From: a virus | Taxonomy: Duplodnaviria > Caudoviricetes | Strand: one strand, 5' to 3' | DNA length: 40,799 bases | Virus record (IMG/VR): IMGVR_UViG_3300020045_002269 | Span: 1-40,799 of that record | Part shown: positions 9,345-18,865 of the stretch, piece after piece | Layout: every line of letters starts with the position of its first letter | Position numbering within the stretch: position 1 is the first letter of the stretch | Program-made: the position numbers and the translations under genes | Notes under the pieces: generated by a model | Told to the model about the DNA's origin: nothing | The model's database searches: none | The model's input: the letters and a program-made list of their open reading frames with translations, nothing else

Positions 9345-9989
9345 ATGATAGAAATTATAAAAAAGTACTGGTATATTCCAGTAATAGCATTAGTAATTGG
9401 ATTCTTTATCGGTCGTGTATCCATAGAGAAAAATACTCATTCAGAGCAATTACAGTCAGCACTAGTGGTTCGAGCCAATGAGCTTAATTCTAAATATGCT
9501 AAGCAATTAATTGACTCAAGTAAAGTAATAGGAGATTTAAACAAGAAGTTAAGTGATGCAATAAGGCCTATTATCGTACGCCATGAAGCTCAAGCTGATT
9601 CATCCGTACAAGTCGTATTAAATGATACTAATACTACCGATAAATGCAAGGATGCTATAGGAAGACAGTGCATTGTTATATCTGACCTTAAAACAAAAGC
9701 TATATATGATTCACTTCAATTAAAAGAATGTGATAATCAGAATTCACTTAAAGATGGGCTGATTGTAAAGAAAGATAAAACAATATCTGAACAACAAGAG
9801 ATTTACAATTCACTTCTTGATAAAACCAAGGTAAGATTATTTACTCCATTTATAGATGTATCATATAATTCATTTGGATATATTGGCGCTGGGGTAGGTG
9901 TATATTATAAAAATATTGGTGCTGGAGCTAGATATATTACCGACTTTAATAAAAAAGGATTAGAGATAACTGGCCATATTAAATTCTAA
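9345..9989 (+). CDS. spanin-like protein
   Basis: N-terminal TM, coiled coil with Cys residues, C-terminal amphipathic beta strands ending in Phe. Confidence 0.55.
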   Translation: MIEIIKKYWYIPVIALVIGFFIGRVSIEKNTHSEQLQSALVVRANELNSKYAKQLIDSSKVIGDLNKKLSDAIRPIIVRHEAQADSSVQVVLNDTNTTDKCKDAIGRQCIVISDLKTKAIYDSLQLKECDNQNSLKDGLIVKKDKTISEQQEIYNSLLDKTKVRLFTPFIDVSYNSFGYIGAGVGVYYKNIGAGARYITDFNKKGLEITGHIKF

Positions 9990-9991
9990 CA

Positions 9992-10023
9992 TTTGTGTAT
10001 TCAAAATTAATTACTTATATTTG
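9992..10023 (+). promoter_or_regulatory. Bacteroidota sigmaA-type promoter
   Basis: TTTG (9992-9995), 20 nt spacer, TATATTTG (10016-10023). Confidence 0.8.
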
Positions 10024-10038
10024 CAAAAAATTATTACT

Positions 10039-10707
10039 ATGTTATTAAGTGAAGTTACATATGCAATTCTTGATATAATCCGTGGTGGATATATTAGTGA
10101 TGACGAGAAGCTTGATATAAGGCTCATAGAGACATTTATTAAGTCTAAACGTGCTGAGTATGTTCAGCAATATATTGAGCCAGGGAAACCATTGCCAGAG
10201 CATTTCTACCAGTACTGTGTTACTAGTAGCAAGCAGTTGATATCTAATCCAACTGATGCGACTAAAACTTATAAACTATTAGGATTACCTAAGATAGTAT
10301 TTAGTCGTAATGGGCCAATCATAATGGAAATTAGTGAGGCCGATAATCTATATAAAGGTATAGCATTAAATGCATCACCATTTAAAGTAGTAAATAATTA
10401 TGCATTTAAATATAGTGGTGAAGGTAGATTTAATCAGAACTGGGTTTATGTAACGTATAAGAACGATACATTATTCATGAAGAGTAAAGGAACTAAATTA
10501 CCAACTATTAATAAGTTTTCAATTAAGGCTGTATTTGAAGACCCCGAAACTATTACTGGATTTGATTGTGTTGAACATGATTACCCGATAACGATACAAG
10601 CTTACGAATATATTAAAACTCAAGTATTAGCAACTGATTTAAAAATATTTATAGCAGTAAATTCAGATACTGATAATGATGCTTCTGGAGAAGTAGATAA
10701 TAAATAA
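10039..10707 (+). CDS. Crassvirales ring/neck structural protein
   Basis: Likely ATG at 10039 (the track TTG lies inside the promoter); helical N-terminus, VFEDP and DYPI motifs; synteny with IHF-like, tubular and muzzle genes. Confidence 0.65.
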   Translation: MLLSEVTYAILDIIRGGYISDDEKLDIRLIETFIKSKRAEYVQQYIEPGKPLPEHFYQYCVTSSKQLISNPTDATKTYKLLGLPKIVFSRNGPIIMEISEADNLYKGIALNASPFKVVNNYAFKYSGEGRFNQNWVYVTYKNDTLFMKSKGTKLPTINKFSIKAVFEDPETITGFDCVEHDYPITIQAYEYIKTQVLATDLKIFIAVNSDTDNDASGEVDNK

Positions 10708-10727
10708 TATTAACTAATAACAACTTA

Positions 10728-11288
10728 ATGGAGAAGAAGAAGTATGTTAGGAAGTTTGAGATAACTGGGACACTTGTGGATGCTTATAAATTTTATAAGA
10801 AAGGACATAAGAAATCAGTTATAGACCAAAAGATTTATATGGATATATGTCATACATTTAACAAGACTGTATCAGATAAGATTATAACAGAATCAATGGA
10901 GTTTAGGGTTCCTTATGGATTAGGTTCATTAAGGATTAGAAGCACTAAGTCATTTGTTAAGGTTAAAGATGGTAAGATAGTAACTAGACGAAATGGTGTT
11001 GATTGGGGTAAGACTAGAGAAATGTATAAGCAATTATATGGAACTTTAGATTGGGATAAATTAAAAGAGATTCCAGATAAGAAGGTAGTGATATATACAA
11101 ATGACCACAGTAATGGTTACACAATGAAATGGTTGTGGAATAAAAGGCATTGCAAGTCTAATAATAAACATGTTTACAACTTTACCACAGTTAAAGGAGG
11201 AATAACTAAAGATGGTTATTATAGTGGTAGACGTGGATTAGCTGCATGGATTAATAACGAAGAAAGAACTAACGAATATTATTTATAG
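10728..11288 (+). CDS. Crassvirales IHF/HU-like basic protein
   Basis: FNKTVSDKIITESMEFRVPYGLGSLRIR resembles the HU/IHF helix-strand motif; position upstream of the tail tubular gene is as in crAss-like phages. Confidence 0.6.
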   Translation: MEKKKYVRKFEITGTLVDAYKFYKKGHKKSVIDQKIYMDICHTFNKTVSDKIITESMEFRVPYGLGSLRIRSTKSFVKVKDGKIVTRRNGVDWGKTREMYKQLYGTLDWDKLKEIPDKKVVIYTNDHSNGYTMKWLWNKRHCKSNNKHVYNFTTVKGGITKDGYYSGRRGLAAWINNEERTNEYYL

Positions 11289-11293
11289 GCATT

Positions 11294-11566
11294 ATGGAAA
11301 ATAAAGTAAAGGCATCGCCAGCCAGTAAAAAGCAATATAAGACTTGGGTTAAATCATCAAGAAATAATGAGTGGACTAAAGAGATTAGAGTAGAAGAAAT
11401 TGAGAATGGATTTCTTGTGTGTCTAGATGAATATGGTGAAAGAAAAGGCAAGTATGAATCTATTTACAAAAAATATTTTGCTAAAGAAAATCCATTATCA
11501 GAAGATGATTTAAAATTAGATGAAGGGCTTGATAAAGCTATTGATAACTTTGTAAATAATATGTAA
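11294..11566 (+). CDS. hypothetical protein
   Basis: 90 aa, tightly packed in the operon. Confidence 0.7.
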   Translation: MENKVKASPASKKQYKTWVKSSRNNEWTKEIRVEEIENGFLVCLDEYGERKGKYESIYKKYFAKENPLSEDDLKLDEGLDKAIDNFVNNM

Positions 11567-11568
11567 TT

Positions 11569-12687
11569 ATGGCATACGATGGAAGATTTACATCAATTAA
11601 ACCAGTAATTGAAAGTGTTTATAGGGATTCTGGGGTAGAAGAGATTAACTTTGAAACTGCTATTGAAGATGCGGCTGAATTAGTTGGTCTTCTTGGTATT
11701 CCATATACTTATATTGATAAGCAAACTAATGGGATTGCCAATGTTGGTGCTGATATAATTACAGTAGAAGATTATCGTGCATTTTTACCAAATGACTTGG
11801 CTTATCTTGTTAATATGAGAAAAGTTATGTTGGATGGTAATCATGCTATTGCATATTCTGAAGAGATGATTGAATCTAATAGTCTTACTCATTATGATAG
11901 ATTAGAAAATCTACCAGACCCTGATTATGTTTATCCAATAGCTAATTCGCCAATAAATGATTATGCTGGCAATAGTTTTAAAACTACTTTATCTGGTACT
12001 ACATTTAAGATATATGAACCTGTAAAATTTAGTGGAACTGTATTCGGTGGGGTTAATACTACTGATACTTATTATATTAAAGCAATAATTGGACCTACTG
12101 AATTTACAGTTAGTAAAGTTCAGAATGGTTCAACACTAGTTCTCACAGCAGCTACTGGTAATATGACTGTTACAAATCAGACTACTAGTCAAGCACTTAT
12201 AGTAAATCAAACTACTATTCAAGATGATTCAACTATTATAACTTCTAGTGGTGTTGTTAATGGTGAAAGAATTATTGGTAACAGATTATCTCCATATACA
12301 TATAAAATCAATAATGGAATTATATTTACTTCATTTGAGAAAGGATTTATTAATATGCAATACAAAGCATATCCAATTGATTCAGAAGGATTTTTAATGG
12401 TTCCAGATGATGAGAAATTTAGATCCGCATTGAAATATCATATAATGTATAAGTTAGACTTTAGACGATGGAGAAGCAATCCTGCTAGCCCTGGTTTAAA
12501 AGCGCTTCTAAACGACTCAGAGCAACGAAGAGACTTCTATGTTGGAGCAGCTAGAAATAAGGCTCATATTCCAACTATAGATGGCATGGAGGCATTAAAG
12601 AATCAATGGCTAAGAAGTATTCCAAAGATTAATGAACATTCAAATGGATTCGCTAGTTTAAATAAGATTGAAAGACGTAATTTCTAA
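11569..12687 (+). CDS. tail tubular/ring protein (P22 gp4-like, crAss Ttub) with an internal beta-rich insertion
   Basis: Motifs YTYKINNGIIFTSFEKG, YKAYPIDSEGFLMVPDD, YVGAARN; immediately upstream of the muzzle gene. Confidence 0.72.
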   Translation: MAYDGRFTSIKPVIESVYRDSGVEEINFETAIEDAAELVGLLGIPYTYIDKQTNGIANVGADIITVEDYRAFLPNDLAYLVNMRKVMLDGNHAIAYSEEMIESNSLTHYDRLENLPDPDYVYPIANSPINDYAGNSFKTTLSGTTFKIYEPVKFSGTVFGGVNTTDTYYIKAIIGPTEFTVSKVQNGSTLVLTAATGNMTVTNQTTSQALIVNQTTIQDDSTIITSSGVVNGERIIGNRLSPYTYKINNGIIFTSFEKGFINMQYKAYPIDSEGFLMVPDDEKFRSALKYHIMYKLDFRRWRSNPASPGLKALLNDSEQRRDFYVGAARNKAHIPTIDGMEALKNQWLRSIPKINEHSNGFASLNKIERRNF

Positions 12688-12697
12688 ATAAATAATT

Positions 12698-15600
12698 ATG
12701 AGTAAAGCAATAGTAAATACCTTTAAAAAACTTGATACTGATACGTCTCAAAACAAACAAGACCCATCGAGTTTCTATGATGCTCAAGACTTAAGATTAA
12801 TATCAGACGAGCCCCTATCAAATGGGGCTTTAGTCAATTATAAAGGTACTAAAGCAGTTGTAAATATAGGAGTTGGCAATAAGCTAGTTGGATATTCTGA
12901 AGTTGGTAGTTATTTGGTTATGTTAATATATAATCCAATATCAACTGTATCATCAATTATTAGAACTGTATTAAATCAAGATAATTCATTATCTACTATA
13001 GATATACTTTATTCTGATACAAACCTAACTACTAACACATTAGGATTTAAAGATTGTGATAATATTGAAACTATTGGTAGGTTTGAAAATGAATATTCCC
13101 AAAAAATATATTTTGCAGTACCAAATCAACCATTAAGGGCATTCAATATAGCCAATACTTTATTAGAATCATATCCTCCAGTTAGTACATTAGACATACT
13201 TCCAAATAATTCTGGTACTATAATTACTTTTCAAGATATAATTCAAGGTGGTAATATAGAGTCTGGTAAAATACAATACGCATGTAAATTATTTAATAAA
13301 TATGGTTCAGAGACTACATTTAGTACTTGTAGTGAATTGGTGTCGTTAACATCAAGTAATTATAATGGTTCAAATGAATTTAAAGGGTCTGATTTAGAGG
13401 TTAGTTCTGGAAAGTCAGTTAAGATAAATATAACATTACCAGATTTATCGTTTAATTATATTAGAATATATTCTATTCATTATAAGGTTAAAGATACACC
13501 AATTATTAGTTTAGTTGGTGAAATGCAGGTTCTATCAACATCATTTAGTTTTATTGATAATGGAACTATATTAGACCAAATAACATTAGAGGAATTTAAT
13601 ATATTTGGTGGTAATTTAATATCTGCCGAAACTATTGGTACTAAAAATAATATATTATTTGCAGCCAATACTAAAGAAATTAGTGACACAATATCATTGG
13701 ATTGTAGAGCATATAGATTTAATAGTGATAGTGACTCTAGAATATATACAAATGATAATGTGCTACATCCTTCTTATTGGCTTATATCTTCAGATGGAGA
13801 TTTGATACAGAAATATGTATGGGTCTCTTCATCGTACAGTATGGTCGAGGAACTTACATTTTCAAATTACTCAATCCCATTAGATTTTGATTGTATAAAT
13901 AGATATAATAATGAATTTGAAAAAACATCTGGAACTTCAATTCATCCATTTTTATATGATAGAAAATCAGATGGAATTACTTATGGTGGAACTGGCAAAA
14001 TTGTTAGTTACGAAATAAAGGTTGGAGAACCAGTAAAATTAATGGATAATGGTGAAACAATTGTAAATTCAGATAATATTAAATTCATATTGAAAGAAAC
14101 GTCTTTTAAACAGGGCGAAACATATAGGTTTGGATTAGTTCCTTATGATTTAAAGGGTAAACCATATTTTACCGAATGGATTGGGGATATAAGAATACCA
14201 TATTTTAATGGAGATAATAATATATTAGAATCAACATATATAGCCTCTACAAAGAATTTATCATCTTATGCTAAAAATATATCAATTGAGTTTAGTATAA
14301 ACACAGGAAATATAGAACCAACTACTTTATCTAAAATATCTGGTTTTCAAATAGTTAAAGTACAGAGAACACTTAATGATAAGTCTGTAGTTGCTCAGGG
14401 ATGCTCTATCGGAGGAACTGTATTTCATTTAGATGTTGCGCATAATAGGTGCATTCCATCATATTATGGGGCTCCTGTGCTTGACGAAGAAACTATAACT
14501 GGCTCTATTGATTACATACATACATTTTATTCTCCAGAATTTAATATTAATGGAGGTCTAGATATATCTGGTAATTTCAGACTAAATATAGTTAAGATTC
14601 TTGGAGTTCCACTTATTAGACTAAAAGATGAAAGTATTTATTATAATGTATGGTCTGATTTTAGTGGACTGCCATCTATTATATTTAATCCGATAAATAA
14701 AGTTAATTCTATGTCTACAGAAATTACTGACGTACTTCCAAATGGGTATAGTTTTAATTTAAGTGAAATAAAGAAGACCATAGTAACCGATAATAACGGT
14801 GGAACTATATTATTGAATCCAAATAATTATACAGAGAAATATATAAATAGAGTTGAAAGTACTTCTGCTATGAGCCAAACAATGTATGGTCAAACTGGAG
14901 TTATATTAACATCAAACACATCACTTCCAAATACTTATATTGGAAAGACTGATGGGTTTACATACATACTTGATTTATACGTAGACAATGCTAGTTCAAG
15001 ATATGGCGGAAATACTTATATAAATAGAATTTTAAATGAATACGAGTCGGTATCTAAGTTTATATTGTGTCCACAATATTCAGCAATAATAAAAGCGTCT
15101 GCATATGGAGATACATATAATACTATTTGGGATACTCTAACTTCTGGAGCGGACCCAAGCATAGATGATATAGATGAGACTGGGATTCCGCCAAATGGCG
15201 GTGTTGATAGAAAACAAGTTGTATCGTTATTGCCATTAGAGTCGTCTATAAATTGTATGCTAACTGGAAGTAAACCAAGTAAATATTTATATAGATATTT
15301 TTCTGGAGCAAATATAAATAGCGATAACATTGGGCTTGCTGAGACTGAATTAAAAGGTATTAGTATATGGGGAGATAAATACCCTAAAATTGGTGATTTT
15401 AATTCTTATAACACTGTATATTCATCTACTTCTAAATATCCAACATTTTTTCCAAAACCATTCTTATTTACTGAATCAACATCTAATCCTAATTTAATAC
15501 AGGCCTCAGAGAAAAAGATTAATGGAGAGCATGTTGATAGTTGGAGTAAGTTCTTGTATGCTAATACACTAGAAGTCGAAGGTGTTTACGGTGAAATTCA

Positions 15601-16804
15601 TAAACTTACCACTCTTGATAATAAACTATATTTCTTCCAAGAAGGAGCTATAGGTGTTGCCGCTGTTAATGATAGGTATATTATTGGTCAAGGAGATGCA
15701 GCTAAATTATCATTAGGAACTGGTCAGGTATTAGAGAGATATGATTATGTTAAGTACAATGAAGGTATAATTAAGCCTCAACATGTTATAAATACTATTA
15801 CCAACTTATATTTTATTGACCATAACAGAAAAGTATTAGATATTGTTGGTAGTTCTGATATTGCATTATCTATTGAGAAAGGTGTTAATACTTTATTTAG
15901 ACAACTATATAAAGACAAAGATACATTAGTTACTATTGGATTTGACCCAGTATTCAGAGAATTATTATTTAATATAAATAATGGAACTCATAATAAAACA
16001 TTGGTTTACAATGAGAATATGAATATGTTTCAACCAAGAAGTAGTGCAACACCACAATTATTTCTAAGTATATCTGATGGATTATTATCTTTTAAACAAT
16101 CAGAAAATATTCCTGGAATATCAAATTATATTTATCAGCATAATGCTGGTGATATTGGTGAATTATATTCTGAAAGTTTATCAATTGATACTGTAGAAAT
16201 AACCGATGGAGGAACTTCTGAAGAACATATTTTACCAGAAATAATTGATGGGGGATTGTCTTCAATAGCCCCATCTACAACTCTTGATGGAGGTGTGGCT
16301 TTATTATCAAATACAGATATTATAAAATATTATGAGCCATCATCAGTGTCAATATTGGTAAATACTAATTCTACTGGAGTATTCGTCTCTGATAATGTTG
16401 AATTTAGAACTGAAGTTAGAGATTATAATTCTGAGAATAGTATATTTAATGATATTGCTATATTTGAAACTGATATTAACGATGTAACTACTGGTACTCA
16501 TGGAGATAATTTAAAAACTGTTACTTCTATTGAATTTAAGAATAGTTATCAATCAGTCAATCAAATTACCGTAGTTAAACAAGATAATGATAATGGACCA
16601 TTTACTGCTCAAACTTATCCAAATACATCTCGTAGACATAGAAGTTGGACTACTGCTGTTCCTATGCCAAAAGATAAGATAACTAAGAATAGCAGTAGAT
16701 TTGTAGATACTTTTTTATCAATGAAATTCACATTTAATAATCATGACAATAAGGTATTTAAATTACACGATATAACAACTTATATTAGACCCACTCATAA
16801 ATAA
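12698..16804 (+). CDS. tail stabilization / muzzle protein (P22 gp10-like, crAss Tstab)
   Basis: 1368 aa, beta-rich; motifs FKQGETYRFGLV, YGGNTY, SEKKINGEHVDSWSKF, YGEIHKL, LGTGQVLERYDY. Confidence 0.8.
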   Translation: MSKAIVNTFKKLDTDTSQNKQDPSSFYDAQDLRLISDEPLSNGALVNYKGTKAVVNIGVGNKLVGYSEVGSYLVMLIYNPISTVSSIIRTVLNQDNSLSTIDILYSDTNLTTNTLGFKDCDNIETIGRFENEYSQKIYFAVPNQPLRAFNIANTLLESYPPVSTLDILPNNSGTIITFQDIIQGGNIESGKIQYACKLFNKYGSETTFSTCSELVSLTSSNYNGSNEFKGSDLEVSSGKSVKINITLPDLSFNYIRIYSIHYKVKDTPIISLVGEMQVLSTSFSFIDNGTILDQITLEEFNIFGGNLISAETIGTKNNILFAANTKEISDTISLDCRAYRFNSDSDSRIYTNDNVLHPSYWLISSDGDLIQKYVWVSSSYSMVEELTFSNYSIPLDFDCINRYNNEFEKTSGTSIHPFLYDRKSDGITYGGTGKIVSYEIKVGEPVKLMDNGETIVNSDNIKFILKETSFKQGETYRFGLVPYDLKGKPYFTEWIGDIRIPYFNGDNNILESTYIASTKNLSSYAKNISIEFSINTGNIEPTTLSKISGFQIVKVQRTLNDKSVVAQGCSIGGTVFHLDVAHNRCIPSYYGAPVLDEETITGSIDYIHTFYSPEFNINGGLDISGNFRLNIVKILGVPLIRLKDESIYYNVWSDFSGLPSIIFNPINKVNSMSTEITDVLPNGYSFNLSEIKKTIVTDNNGGTILLNPNNYTEKYINRVESTSAMSQTMYGQTGVILTSNTSLPNTYIGKTDGFTYILDLYVDNASSRYGGNTYINRILNEYESVSKFILCPQYSAIIKASAYGDTYNTIWDTLTSGADPSIDDIDETGIPPNGGVDRKQVVSLLPLESSINCMLTGSKPSKYLYRYFSGANINSDNIGLAETELKGISIWGDKYPKIGDFNSYNTVYSSTSKYPTFFPKPFLFTESTSNPNLIQASEKKINGEHVDSWSKFLYANTLEVEGVYGEIHKLTTLDNKLYFFQEGAIGVAAVNDRYIIGQGDAAKLSLGTGQVLERYDYVKYNEGIIKPQHVINTITNLYFIDHNRKVLDIVGSSDIALSIEKGVNTLFRQLYKDKDTLVTIGFDPVFRELLFNINNGTHNKTLVYNENMNMFQPRSSATPQLFLSISDGLLSFKQSENIPGISNYIYQHNAGDIGELYSESLSIDTVEITDGGTSEEHILPEIIDGGLSSIAPSTTLDGGVALLSNTDIIKYYEPSSVSILVNTNSTGVFVSDNVEFRTEVRDYNSENSIFNDIAIFETDINDVTTGTHGDNLKTVTSIEFKNSYQSVNQITVVKQDNDNGPFTAQTYPNTSRRHRSWTTAVPMPKDKITKNSSRFVDTFLSMKFTFNNHDNKVFKLHDITTYIRPTHK

Positions 16805-16836
16805 ATATAAATAGTTTTAATTAAAGACTATATAAG

Positions 16837-16868
16837 TTTGTTTATTACAAATTAATTACTTATCTTTG
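16837..16868 (+). promoter_or_regulatory. Bacteroidota sigmaA-type promoter
   Basis: TTTG (16837-16840), 20 nt spacer, TATCTTTG (16861-16868); 19/20 nt identical to 10004-10023. Confidence 0.8.
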
Positions 16869-16890
16869 AAAACTTTTTACACTTACAACT

Positions 16891-17787
16891 ATGCCAGTTA
16901 AATCAAATACTAAAACTCCTATAATAAATTCTCTAAAAGAAATTGTTGTTATTGGTAAAAGAAAACCTATTATTAAAAATGATATTGGTGATTATCCAGA
17001 CCCAAACAATGGCGGAATGTTATCTAAGATTGACTATAATACAGTAAAAGCTGCTAGAAAAACTAATCCAAATGCTTATAAAGGATTTGAAGTTAGTAGA
17101 GAATTTGGTCATACGCCACAAATGGCTACTGGTGGTCAATTACAACAACAGAATAATGCTGGTATGAATCCATATCTGTATAATAGCATGCCACAATATG
17201 GACTTGGTAGTTGGTTAGCTGAAAATGCTGGTACTATTGGTAGTGTCGCTGGTGGCATTGGTGGATTTATGATTGGCGGTCCAGCAGGAGCTGCATTAGG
17301 CTCGTCTGCATTAGGTGGTCTTGGTAGTATGGTTACTACTGCACATAATAAAGGCGAATCAGAAGATTTACAGAAAGAACAATTAGCTAAGCAACAACAA
17401 CAGGTTGGTATTCAAAATGCTATGGATAATTATAAAGCACAAGAACATCCTATGTATGGTACTAACTTCGCTATGGGTGGATTTATGCCAAATGTAAATA
17501 CATGGCAATATAGTAATGTTGGCGGTATTAATTATGCTTGTGGTGGTAAAATGGCTAATGGTGGAGCCTTAATGTCTGGTAGACCAATGGCAACTGTTGA
17601 AAGTAATTCTAGTAATGACAATAATGCTGCACAAATGACTAAAGGATTAGATAATATAACAGTATATCCAAAGAGTGCTGGAAGCCATCAAAGTAATCCA
17701 CGAGGTGGAATTACTATCGGTAAGTATGGTCAAACTGAAGGTGGTGAAACAAGGATAGGTAAGTACATTTTTTCAAATCGGTTTTGA
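16891..17787 (+). CDS. virion cargo/ejection protein, N-terminal part
   Basis: Gly-zipper TM region, repeated [FYM]xxGG motifs, ends GSHQSNPRGG...EGGETRIGKYIFSNRF; follows the muzzle gene as crAss cargo genes do. Confidence 0.6.
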   Translation: MPVKSNTKTPIINSLKEIVVIGKRKPIIKNDIGDYPDPNNGGMLSKIDYNTVKAARKTNPNAYKGFEVSREFGHTPQMATGGQLQQQNNAGMNPYLYNSMPQYGLGSWLAENAGTIGSVAGGIGGFMIGGPAGAALGSSALGGLGSMVTTAHNKGESEDLQKEQLAKQQQQVGIQNAMDNYKAQEHPMYGTNFAMGGFMPNVNTWQYSNVGGINYACGGKMANGGALMSGRPMATVESNSSNDNNAAQMTKGLDNITVYPKSAGSHQSNPRGGITIGKYGQTEGGETRIGKYIFSNRF

Positions 17788-17798
17788 TAATATAATAT

Positions 17799-18863
17799 AT
17801 GAAAAAGAATACTAAGAAAAGTTTTAGCCAACGTGCTCAAGATTTAGTAAAACGCTATAGTAGAGCAAGTTGGGATACAAATGAAAAGCGTGAACTTGAT
17901 AATGAATTACAGAAACTTCAACAAGAACAAGAGCAATACAAACAAGTTAATAAGATTGGTGAATATTCTGATGAAGCAATGGCTCAGAAAGCTATGCAAC
18001 AACAGGAGATAATGGTTCAACAATCCCAAGGTCAATTCCCACAAGGACAACCTCAAATGCAGCCAGATAGTCAAGTTGGACAAATGCCACAATTTGAATT
18101 AGGTGGAGGATTTAAAGTTCCACAAGCATCTGATTATTTTAATACTGGTCAAACTCAACAAAATGCTGTTTCTACTATATATCCTAAAAATGTAATGTAT
18201 CCTATTCCGCAGGATTCTAATATAGTTGCTTCTCAGCCACAACAAGTTATAGGTCAAGACCAACAAATAGGTCAAACACAATCCGTATTACCATCTGTTA
18301 TTGCTGGCGGTATTGGTATGTTAGGAAATATAGCATTAGGTGCAACTACCAAAGCGCATCCATTTGATTTCAAACAACGATACAATGCTGAACAAATATC
18401 ATTAGCGAAGGAAAGGGAAAGACTTAATCGTGAGGCTATAACTGCTCGTAATATCGGAATGAGGAATTTATCTGGCGCTGGTAGTCGTGATGCCTATTTA
18501 GCTGGAGCTGGTAATGTTTCTGCTGGAATTAATCAACAACTATCAGATTCATTATCACAAAGTTATTTTAAAGAAGGTATGACTAATATGGGCCAACGTG
18601 AGAAAGCTTATGATAAGAACTTTGATTTAGACAAACAAATTGCTATGATGAATTATCAAGATAGAGTAAATGCTGATAATGAGCGTAGGGGTTATTATGC
18701 TGCTGCTGCTCAAATACCATCACAAACAATGCAAGATATTGGTAGAATTAATTACCAAAATTCAGCATTATTATCTAGTGGTACTGATAATTATTTAGCT
18801 GGAACTAGTGGTAAAGCTAATCCTTGGAAATCTCAACAAATATATCGTAAATTTAAGAAATAA
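17799..18863 (+). CDS. virion cargo/ejection protein, Gln-rich
   Basis: Coiled coil, Q-rich linker, Gly-rich hydrophobic helix. Confidence 0.6.
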   Translation: MKKNTKKSFSQRAQDLVKRYSRASWDTNEKRELDNELQKLQQEQEQYKQVNKIGEYSDEAMAQKAMQQQEIMVQQSQGQFPQGQPQMQPDSQVGQMPQFELGGGFKVPQASDYFNTGQTQQNAVSTIYPKNVMYPIPQDSNIVASQPQQVIGQDQQIGQTQSVLPSVIAGGIGMLGNIALGATTKAHPFDFKQRYNAEQISLAKERERLNREAITARNIGMRNLSGAGSRDAYLAGAGNVSAGINQQLSDSLSQSYFKEGMTNMGQREKAYDKNFDLDKQIAMMNYQDRVNADNERRGYYAAAAQIPSQTMQDIGRINYQNSALLSSGTDNYLAGTSGKANPWKSQQIYRKFKK

Positions 18864-18865
18864 TT

